Part shown: positions 53,200 through 64,000 of the stretch, one piece after another | Position numbering within the stretch: the first letter of the stretch is position 1 | How the letters are laid out: every line of letters begins with the position of its first letter | Assembly: GCF_902652985.1 (NCBI RefSeq) | Contig: NC_047022.1 | Coordinates: forward strand, 1,302,001-1,366,000 | Direction of reading: 5' to 3' | DNA length: 64,000 nucleotides | Source: Pecten maximus | Lineage: Eukaryota | Program-made: the position numbers and the translations under genes | Notes under the pieces: generated by a model | What the model saw: only the letters and a program-made list of their open reading frames with translations | Databases searched by the model: none | What the model was told of the DNA's origin: nothing

Positions 53200-55672
53200 T
53201 CAATAACCTTCTTATCCTTCATCAACTTCCTATCCACTGCTTTACATAGTGCTGCCTTCTTACTATCGTTACCATAACGTTTCTGTTTCCCACTATCTGC
53301 TGTATTGATCTTCCCATCTGATAGATGATCTCGTGCAATGTGGCCTTCTCCATTACAAATGAAGCATCGTCTGGTTTACTTAGCACTAGCCTTCATACTG
53401 TCATCAGCTGGTTTCTGATTGTCATAATAAGGAGTCCTGACATGGTTTGGTCTAGCCTTGTTGTCATGTGGGGTCTTTATATTCTTTGTAATACCTCCAC
53501 CATGGGCTTCCATATACTGCTCGGCCAAGCGTGTCATTTCCTTAACATCCTTTGGAAGTCTTTCCCTCAGAAACACAGCCATCTCTGCTGAACATGTTTC
53601 AATAAACTGTTCTCTGACTAGTAAATCCTTCAACCCTTCATAGCTCTCCTCAATCTCTGCCATATCTGTCCATCTCTCCAAGTATCTGTTGAGTCGGGCT
53701 ATAAACTGGAAAGCTGTTTCTCCTTTCTCTGGTTTACTTACTCTGAATTTCAGCCGAAATCCCTCCTCTGTGAGTTCGTAACGCCTAAGTAATACTTTCC
53801 TTAATTCACCATAGTTATCTATCAGTGGGGGTGGCATGCTCGAGTATACCTGTAGACCTTTTCCTGTGAGTAAAGGACTGAGACTTACTGCCCAATTTTC
53901 TTCTGGTCAACCTTGTGATGTAGCAAACTTTTCCAACCTTTTTACAAAAGCATCTATGTCATCTTTCTGCTCATCAAACTTTGGGAATCTAGGCTTTAGT
54001 GACTTAGACCTGGAGTCTTCAGTATTAGTTCTGGCTAATTCATTTCTGACTTGCTCTGCCTGAAGTTTGGCCATCTCCACCTCGGTCTGCATCTTAAGTT
54101 TCTCCATCTCAAACTGTCGTGCAGCCTCATCCCTCGCTTCAGATCTTTCACGAGCTCTCTCTTCTCTCGCTAGGTACTCTTGTTCCTTTGCCGCTACAAA
54201 TTTTTGCAACTGCTCGTCTTTAAAGCCTAATCTTTCCCCATAATATAACCACTTTTCATAATCCATGATTATATTTCCAGTTGCTTATGTCGCATAAGAA
54301 TGGACAAAAAAAAAATCAATGGTGCTATACTGTTAAGTAACCTAAAATATTACAATGTCTGTTTTACTTAAAAACACTAGTAGCTATATCTGGTGTACTT
54401 ATCCAGTAGTAGCTATATCTGGTGTACTCTTCTAGTACAATTAAATAACAATGTGATCCCTGTCAAATAATCTTAACTACACACTGTTATTTCCTCGAAT
54501 AGTCTCAAACTATTTCTCGATGTATAGTTAAAGAGACAAAATTCTAAAATAGTACCTTACTATTTTTTCTCAGAAAAAAAATAACACTTTGTGACTGCGG
54601 CCAACTCAACACACTCTGTTTTAACCAACAGTGGCACAAAAAATCACAAATCTATCTGATATCTCAAAATCCTCAAATATATTGTTCGACCTCTGCAATA
54701 GATCCTAGAACAATATGCGAATAGTATTTTCCTGACAGGATAATGTAGATATTGTTGAAACGACCAAACTAATGTATTGTGTAGAATAACAGTCTATATT
54801 TAACAATAGTGCCCGACCTATTCCTTCACAAATGTATGGAATAACAGCAACTATAAACATAAGACTCAACCTATTCTGATACACCTAGTATACCTGGGTT
54901 CTACTCTACAATATTTGTCTACACTATACTGACCACATATGTATTACGGTCACCCTGCATAATACCTTAGGAGTTTCTCTCAATAGCATGTGTTTTATGC
55001 ACGTCTGCCCCTACGTGTACACACGGAACTACAAGCCTCTGCTACACACACGACTCGGCGTTTTACCCAGTCGAAATTTGTTCAAAACAATAAAATCATC
55101 CGGGACGAGCCCCCAAATTCTCAGACATTAGAAATGTGACAAATTATATTTATGTTTTACGGGATCTTTTCTGTGGTAGCTTTGCTTTCACCGAGTCGGG
55201 AACAACAGAGGCTTCAGTAGGTTTCAACAAATTTATACAAATAAAACATGTGTTACAACAATGGACATAATAGATGACATACAATCTGCTCAACAACAAA
55301 AGTTCACATAGATAAATCAAGTCAACATTACGTGTGTGGCACTCGTACCCAGTTCGTCACCACGTATCCTCCTGGCCGCGTCTCGCGATCGCGCACACGT
55401 ACAATGTACCTTAAAGCAGCTTCCATAATAACATTGTCACTTTAAACAAGTCTTCGCCATTGTTTTCCACTATGGGACCCTTTCTCCACCGCCTCCATCG
55501 CGCGTGCTATCCAAGCCCAACTGTCTTATAGTTCAGTATTCATACACAACCAGAAACCATGCCGATACTGCCGATTTTCGCAAGATTTAAACAAAAATGC
55601 TGGACTTTAAATGTTGTCGTGTCTAGTATTTCTGACAATTCGACAACGAGCCCCTGTGTGACGACAGTGACA
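53200..55672 (-). mobile_element. 5' part of a second Ty3/Gypsy element (putative LTR, PBS, gag), truncated
   Basis: Gag ORFs 53907-54266 and 53376-53837 (PKFDEQKDDIDAF, LLRRYELTEEGFRLKFR, LLVREQFI). PBS TGGGGGCTCGTCCCGGAT at 55115-55098 has 1 mismatch to the tRNA-Pro 3' end. TG...CA-bounded LTR candidate at ~55135-55672. Confidence 0.85.
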
Positions 55673-56169
55673 ATTTGATTACTTCCTTTAGATTAGGTAT
55701 AGAGCTTATAATAATTTTGTGTCGAGTCGGTCGACTTCATTTGTTCTATTATTAAATTTTACTCTCATAACTTGCGTTGCTTTTTTGTGGTGGTTTATGT
55801 AGATAAATGCTAGCATTCGAAATCTCTCCTGGCCGAATGTAACTGGGAATCATTGTTTTGACCAGCAACACCTGGGGCTGTATCCCTACTCTCACTGTAA
55901 ATTGTAGTACATGTATACAGTCTCATGAATACAATTTGGTTTACTTACGACATATAGGCAAATGCAACACAGAATGTAAATATATTGAAATATACGCACT
56001 TCAACGCTTAGTAAGATAGCAGAGTACGTTTCGCTGGATTCTGAAAAATAAGTGGTAAATCTTACAGATGTATATATGATAGGGTAACTGTTACGATAGA
56101 CTCAATGTACTCATTTATGTATATTCAGAAACAACATCAAAGTCGCGATTGTTAAAAAATGTTAAAAAA

Positions 56170-56810
56170 ACATACAATGACATACAACATTGATGCAATA
56201 CAATGACAAACAACATTGATAAAATGACATACAATATTGATACAATACAACGTCATACAATATTGATACAATGATAGACAACATTGATACAATACAATGA
56301 CCTACAACATTGATACAATGACATACAACATTGATAAAATGACCTAAAACATTGATACAATGACATACAACATTGATACAATGACCTACAACATTGATAC
56401 AATGACATACAACATTGATACAATGACATACAATATTGATACAATACAACGTCATACAATATTGATACAATGCCATACAACATTGATACAATACAATGAC
56501 ATACACCATTGATACAATACAATGACCGACAACATTGATACAATACAATGACATACAACAATGATACAATTACATGCAAGATTGATAAAAATGACCTAAA
56601 ACATTGATATATGACCTACAACATTGATACAATACAATGACATACAACATTGATACAATGACATACAACATTGATACAATGACCTACAACATTGATACAA
56701 TGACTTACAACATTGATACAATGACATACAACATTGATACAATACAATGACATACAACATTGATACAATGACATACAACATTGATACAATACAATGACAT
56801 AAAACATTGG
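56170..56810. repeat. 20/25-bp minisatellite
   Basis: ACAACATTGATACAAT(ACAAT)GACAT units. The Cys-rich ORFs here are artefacts. Confidence 0.95.
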
Positions 56811-59351
56811 AAATATATTTTTCCTTGAGACAAGTTTTGCAAATTGTTTGACAGCGAAACAAGTAAATGAATGCATGAACTTTCACCACAATATTTACAA
56901 GACGCATAGGTTCCCTTTGCTGACTATTATGTTGACAAGTAATAATTTCTCCGACAAACTAGACTTTTAATCCCACAAATATACTGAACAAACAACGACT
57001 TTGGCATTTTCTTTATAACTAAGTTCTAAATGTCTGTTACATAGAGATAAAATCACTGATATTAATTCTGTTTCAATTGTCATAATTGTGGTTGAAAGAA
57101 GGGCAAATACTATTCTTACTCATCTTAAAAATAACTGTAGTGACTGAAAGTTTGACCATGATTACATAATTAATAAGCCATGGTGTACCTGTTTAGACTG
57201 ATTGAGGACAGGAGAGATTGGAGATTTCCCAAGTTTGCAATGATTTGAAGAATAAGTTTTATCACTCTCTCAGAAAATATTCCTTTGACCGTAATAGCAG
57301 TATTGATAGTTTTACATGGTTGGCCCAAGACAGATGATTTATAATATTTATATTAGATATTTAAATATAAAGATAATTTTAAATTGATTTTTTGCAAGAT
57401 CAAGAAAACCATTATATTCACAAAAATAGGATTTCTATTTTTTATGAAGATGTATGAATCCAATTGAACTTTTATTATTAAAACAGATATATCTTTACAC
57501 TGTATATCGTTTTTCTAACACATCTTGAAAGGTGTACGTTCATGTATTTTTGATATTATATATAAAATGAAATAGTATATTAAATAACAATAGAAGATAA
57601 TGAAATATACAATAAATCACTGTACACAGTTTGTATGTATGTGACCTGTGTAGTATTTTGTTAGTCCCGTTTCTTCGTAAAATTATCTTTGAGGGAAACG
57701 ATAGGATCTGTTGGTGTAAATATTGTCGTATCAAAACAAATAAACTTCCCAACCAAGGTCCACCTATTGTTTATAATATAAAGCAATTTCCGAGACATCT
57801 TTGGACAGACTGTACATCATCTATTCCTCATTTTCATCGGCGTTTCCTTCCAGTCAGCTTTATTTTGATAACCTGGAATCGGACAGCCTATATCGCTGAA
57901 TTTAATTGATATATATAACGGTAATGTATAGTGGTACTAGGACATTGGTCACAAATGTTATTTCACACGTCTTCATAACATGTCTGACGTCAGCGCGTAG
58001 TTATTTTCTAGTTCTTCTTCGTAAGGAATGACAACATTATTCTCCTCTTTTGTAACAACTTTTGATCATGTCTCCTCACGCCTGGCATTTAAGTTGCGTG
58101 TTAGTTCCTGAGATGAAAGTTCCCTCCTTAACGTTACCATAAACTTTCCCTGGCCGAGACATACCACAGTCCTAAAAATGGTACGTCCTATTATCTGCTT
58201 AGCAGTAGCCTCAAGGATACCCACGCATATAACACATGCGTTCGCTGGGTATATACAGGGGTCGCCCTTAGATGTAAATGACCATTGGTCGGACGTCTGA
58301 ATAAAACCGAAACCCAAACTTGTTATCTGAAAGTTAATGTTTAATATCAATTAACCTCTTTTGCGTTTTATTGACAAGATATCAATATTCCACGTAGGAT
58401 TGTGACTGTGTGTGTGATTTATGTATTGAAACAAAGAGAAACTCTAACCAAGTACATTGAATGAATATCATACATATCATAAGGCATATCATACCGTTGT
58501 TTAACATAACAGTCGACAGCTGATAGTGGCGATCCCGTTCTTCTTCAAATAAACGTATCTTTAGCTTTTAGCTTGGAATCCACCTTTGAAATGTTTGAAT
58601 AAGTTTTCACCGAACCAGTCCATATGATCATATATCATCCTGGAGTGCTTATCAATGTGTTAGTGTGATTACATGACAACTCTTTATCAGTTTACTGGCA
58701 CGAGACAAATGGATTTTCACTTTTTTGAGATTGGGATATAAATTTGCAAAACGGGTGTTAATTATATGCAGTTTAGTTTTGTTAACGACAGTAGTCGTAC
58801 TGAGTGACACTTCCAAGGAAAGGGAGACTCTAGGCTTAGGCATATGTTAGATGTCACGACCATTTCATTCATATGACAACTATTAGGGAAAGTAACTCTA
58901 CCATTGTGTCGTAGATCTGTGATTTCGTTTGATGATTCATGGCTTTCGGGGCCCAATACTTATTTAAGAATCAAGGACAGGGAGATGATCAGTTTTCGTT
59001 TGCGATGATCAATGCAATAACTTGCTTTCGTGCATATTTGACATTTGCTATCATCAAATTTTATTTATACAACTCAAACCCCTGATTATTCTATCTTTTC
59101 TTGAGGACACCCCTCTCACCCAGTTAGACCAATGTTGACCGTCGGAATTCCAGAAATCGTGTCCATGTTTATGGTTTTGAATGAATTGTAAAACGGATGT
59201 AGTTATGGGTAATTAGAAATATTTGATAATGCTACTGGTTTTGTTGTTGTTTTTTTGTGTGTGTGGAAACGACGCCTAAATAGTGAAAAAAAAAATTGTA
59301 AAATAAACAAAAACATAAGCACTTCTGTAATTTCTATTCTGTAAACAACAG

Positions 59352-62300
59352 ACGCCGACATCACTGCTATCCGGGAGGGCAACCTGGTCAAAGTTAAAGA
59401 GCTGGCTGAATCTGGTTTTCCATTTGACAAACAAAATGAATTCGGGAAGACACCACTGATGGGCAGCATTGAGTACGGTCATCGAAATATAGCAGAGTAT
59501 CTAACAGATAAGGTATCACGTCAATCCCTGTTGGTGATGAATCGTGAACAGCATTGGAATGCTTTGCATCTAATCGCAAACTATGGGCGTCACTGGCCTG
59601 ACATATGGTCGAACATTGTGCAAAAAGCGCCGGTATGCTTAAATCATGTCGACTCAGAAGGCCGAACACCAGAGCAGCTACTTGAGCAATTGTCTACAAG
59701 CAGTGAGAGGCATGCGAAACTTGCTAAAATGTTGAAAGCAGGTATGTTTCTTATATAACTTTATTCGGTAAAAGCATTGCCGAAATAGTTTATTGGACAA
59801 AGAATCAATGCTTGAGAGTTTTGTGAACATACCAACTTCGCCTTTGGTATGCTTTATGTTTGTTTTAAGGCATGTGTTAAACACAATACATAGTCCACAG
59901 CGATGAACCCTTTGTCTTTCGGGCTTTTTGTATTTTTAATATTCGAAGACATTATTTAATCTAAGCCATAATTCTGTTAGATTATTTGTAAAAACAGTAG
60001 TCCTTTTTATTGATTATTGATTTGTACTGATCAAAATAATATAAAACCCTTCTTCCAAGTTTTGCCTTACGGGTTTTCAATACTTAATTTACAGAGCTTC
60101 CATCCTTCGTCAAGGAATTAGACGAGGAGTCCATATCAAATTATTTAACTGGATTAGACGAGCATGCAGAGGAAACACGAAACATCAAAATTATGCTCAT
60201 TGGACATGAAATGGTCGGGAAAACTTGTCTGGTAAAGCAGCTGTTCGGGGAACATATTGATTTGCAGAGTCATCACTCAACCAATGTTGCGGAACTTCAT
60301 CTCCGAAGACTTTTGTTGGACATGCGGACACTGGAGAGAATATCAGGCACTTCAGCGAAGGACATTGTACTTGAGCGACTTCGTATGGTTATCAGTGAAA
60401 TCAAAGACGGTAACCCGAATGATTGAAACAGAATCAAACATGACCAGAAAAGGTGAACCGATACCTATAATACATATCACAGTATAATATCTGACACAAC
60501 AGACGCATTTTGGTGTGAATTACAATATCCCTTATGACAATAAATGCTTACTTTTGTCTGATTATATAATGAATGATATGGTTTACACATACATATTTAG
60601 GTGCTATGTATTCAGTTCTTATTTATGTATTAATTATATGTCTCGTTACAATTCTGGTATTTATTTTGTTTCAGACGCTACGACAGAACACCTCCTATTG
60701 TCTGGACACTCCGAAGGTAATGTTCAGTATATTAAGCCCTCGTTGCAAACACAGTAACACAAAATTATGACTCGACAACAAGGATTTTATACGGGAAAAA
60801 GTATAAGATTGGTTACACAATATACAATAGTCTAAATCAGCCCGTGCTGACAATGCTATTAGGTCGGGTGGTTCGTAATCTCAGCTACTTAAGAACATAA
60901 AGTGATTAAACCAGTAGTTCAGAGAGATAAATAATGATTCTTTAACTGGAACGGCCATGCATATTATAAATATCTAATCAATCAATATTGATCACTCACA
61001 GGTACTAATGTTGAAGAATTTTCCATATTGACCGGGGGTACAGGAATTGAAAAAACAGGTAAGATTCTTATTTTCATAGTAGAATATTTATTACAAAATA
61101 AATCAATGTTAATTGGTATTTTTAAAAGATTAAGATGATTCCCCAATGCAATACATTATCTTTGTATCATATGATATTGTACAGTAGGGTACATACATTA
61201 TTTATACTATGTACCATATGATATTGTACAGTAGGATACATACATTTTCATACTATGTACCATTTGAAATGATACAGTAGGGTACATACATTATTTATAC
61301 TATGTACCATATGAAATGGTACAGTAGGGTACATACATTATATATACTATGTACCATATGATATTGTACAGTAGGATACATACATTTTCATACTATGTAC
61401 CATATGATACTGTACAGTAGGGTACATACATTATATATACTATGTACCATATGATATTGTACAGTAGGATACATACATTTTCATACTATGTACCATATGA
61501 TACTGTACAGTAGGGTACATACATTATATATACTATGTACCATATGATATTGTACAGTAGGGTTCATACATTATTTATACTATGTACAATAAGATATTGT
61601 ACAGTAGGGTACATACATTATATATACTATGTACCATATGATATTGTACAGTAGGGTACATACATTATTTATACTATGTACCATATGATATTGTACAGTA
61701 GGGTACATACATTATATATACTATGTACAATAAGATATTGTACAGTAGGGTACATACATTTTCATACTATATACCATATGAAATGGTACAATAGGGTACA
61801 TACATTATTTATACTATGTACCATATGAAATGGTACAGTAGGATACATACAATTTCATACTATGTACCATATGATACTGTACAGTAGGGTACATACATTA
61901 TTTAAACTATGTACCATATGATACTGTACAGTAGGGAAAAAGTATAAGATTGGTTACACAACATACAATAGTCTAAATCAGCCCGTGCTGACAATGCTAT
62001 TAGGTCGGGTGGTTCGTAATCTCAGCTACTTAAGAACATAAAGTGATTAAACCAGTAGTTCAGAGAGATAAATAATGATTCTTTAACTGAAACGGCCATG
62101 CATATTATAAATATCTAATCAATCAATATTGATCACTCACAGGTACTAATGTTGAAGAATTTTCCATATTGACCGGGGGTACAGGAATTGAAAAAACAGG
62201 TAAGATTCTTATTTTCATAGTAGAATATTTATTACAAAATAAATCAATGTTAATTGGTATTTTTAAAAGATTAAGATGATTCCCCAATGCAATACATTAT

Positions 62301-63236
62301 CTTTGTATCATATGATATTGTACAGTAGGGTACATACATTATTTATACTATGTACCATATGATATTGTACAGTAGGGTACATATATTTTCATACTATGTA
62401 CCATTTGAAATGGTACAGTAGGGTACATACATTATTTATACTATGTACCATATGAAATGGTACAGTAGGGTACATACATTATTTATACTATGTACCATAT
62501 GATACTGTACAGTAGGGTACATACATTATATATACTATGTACCATATGATATTGTACAGTAGGATACATACATTATATATACTATGTACCATAGAATATT
62601 GTACAGTAGGGTACATACATTATTTATACTATGTACCATATGAAATGGTACAGTAGGGTACATACATTATTTATACTATGTACCATATGATATTGTACAG
62701 TAGGGTACATACATTATTTATACTATGTACCATAGGATATTGTACAGTAGGGTACATACATTATATATACTTTGTACCATATGATATTGTACAGCTGAGA
62801 ATACGCATTTTACTTCAGTTTGATTTATGTCATTTCAAGGAGTTTAACTTACTTGTCCGTTCCTATAGATTTTTTTTTCACTTAAATAGACAGGTAAACG
62901 TTGTTTTGACGTAGTTTGCTTGCGCTTTCGTTATCATATTCAAACCCACACGATGTTTACGTTTAGACACCGATTTCGTTTATAACCGGGGAGATGACGT
63001 ACAGAGATCTGATACTGCAAATCTCACCAAACAACAAAGAGAGTTTGTCGATCTGGTGCTGCGCAAGGATCCAAATTCTCTGTACGAGTCAAAGGCATTC
63101 GTCACAATGTATGACTTTGGAGGAGAAGAAGTCTTCTACAATACCCATCACTCTCTCATGACAAGTGATAGTATCTACCTGCTGGTGTTCGACGCTGCCA
63201 TGTGTCTCAACGAAAAGAAAGAACAAGGAGGTCTAG
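59352..63236 (+). CDS. Partial ankyrin-repeat + Roc GTPase (Roco family) gene; continues beyond the gap/window
   Basis: Phase 1-1 exons: 59352-59741 (ankyrin: GKTPLMGSIEYGHRNIAEYL, WNALHL, GRTP), 60095-60409 (P-loop IMLIGHEMVGKT), 60675-60716, 61002-61058, 62143-62199 and 62967-63236 (MYDFGGEEVFYNTHHSLM...IYLLVFD). All are open. Confidence 0.85.
60793..62795. repeat. Tandem duplication (offset 1141) including a 57-nt exon and a 45-47-bp minisatellite
   Basis: Sequence from 60793 recurs from 61934, near-identical. Arrays at ~61150-61933 and ~62290-62795 have the unit GTACCATATGATATTGTACAGTAGGGTACATACATTATTTATACTAT. Confidence 0.92.
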
Positions 63237-63577
63237 GTATGTTACGTATATATTTTACGGGGGCGACCATTACAAAGAAATCCCATAAAATCTCGCCGAC
63301 ATCACTCATAAATTTAAGAACAGGACTTAAAGAAGCAGAAATATTGTGACAAAGCGTTTGAAGGATTACACTGAGCTTAATAAACGTTGTATTTACGAAA
63401 ACACGTTCCGAACCGCTATAAGCAGAGTGCTTACTGAGCACGAAGCAGATTTCAAATTTTTTTTTTTTGAATTTTTTTATTTTTCAAGATTTTTTTCATA
63501 AATACAAAACATTTGAAACATATATGCACACACATTCTCACTCTTACACCCACAGTAACTATACTCATGATTCAATA

Positions 63578-63915
63578 ACATCATCATAATCATCATCATT
63601 ATCATCATAATCATCATCATCATCATCATCATATCAGCATCATCATCTTCATCATCATCTTACTCCTCCNNNNNNNNNNNNNNNNNNNNNNNNNNNNNNN
63701 NNNNNNNNNNNNNNNNNNNNNNNNNNNNNNNNNNNNNNNNNNNNNNNNNNNNNNNNNNNNNNNNNNNNNNNNNNNNNNNNNNNNNNNNNNNNNNNNNNNN
63801 NNNNNNNNNNNNNNNNNNNNNNNNNCATCATCATCATCTATCATGATATCATTATCCATACAAAAATTATTATCATTTTTTTCATCACAATAAAACATCA
63901 TCATCCTTATCATTA
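63578..63915. repeat. (CAT)n microsatellite flanking an assembly gap (N 63670-63825)
   Basis: Seen directly. Confidence 0.95.
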
Positions 63916-64000
63916 CACAAAAAATCATCTTCATCACGATTATTTTAAGCTTGAACCACAAGCCTCACATCTACTTACATCATTTACATATTGATTAACA

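Noticed and set aside
57930-58350. Slightly GC-richer minus-strand ORF
   Set aside because: No recognisable domain and in-frame stops on extension; I cannot assign it.

Overview
AT-rich, intron-containing animal genomic DNA. The repeat and gene families suggest a bivalve mollusc, which is an inference. The window is dominated by an inverted duplication, ~4253-21554 versus ~37113-52390, around a ~15.5 kb spacer. Each arm carries a multi-exon cassette I reconstructed from GT-AG sites and intron phases: DED-like death fold, Ig, acidic linker exons, second Ig. Each arm also has a decayed Ty3/Gypsy pol. On the minus strand the cassette is phase-compatible with a terminal B-box/coiled-coil/NHL (TRIM-like) exon at 2330-602, which carries a nonsense codon and a frameshift. 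On the plus strand the intact ~506-codon cassette lacks that terminal exon. The next recognisable in-phase coding exons are those of an ankyrin-Roc (Roco-family GTPase) gene at 59352 to >63236. One death-fold/Ig module may therefore be mounted on two different C-termini. The spacer holds a decayed Polinton/Maverick pPolB, a decayed DIRS-type retrotransposon split by a twin-MITE cassette, a tRNA-bearing TRIM-like LTR element, a Kolobok-type element and a 69-bp satellite. Arm-specific insertions include a Helentron-type satellite carrier, a hairpin element and a CACTA-type element. Also present are Penelope-like fragments with minimal hammerhead motifs, a second Gypsy 5' part with a tRNA-Pro PBS, several minisatellites and an assembly gap. 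All gene models are predictions with no transcript evidence.
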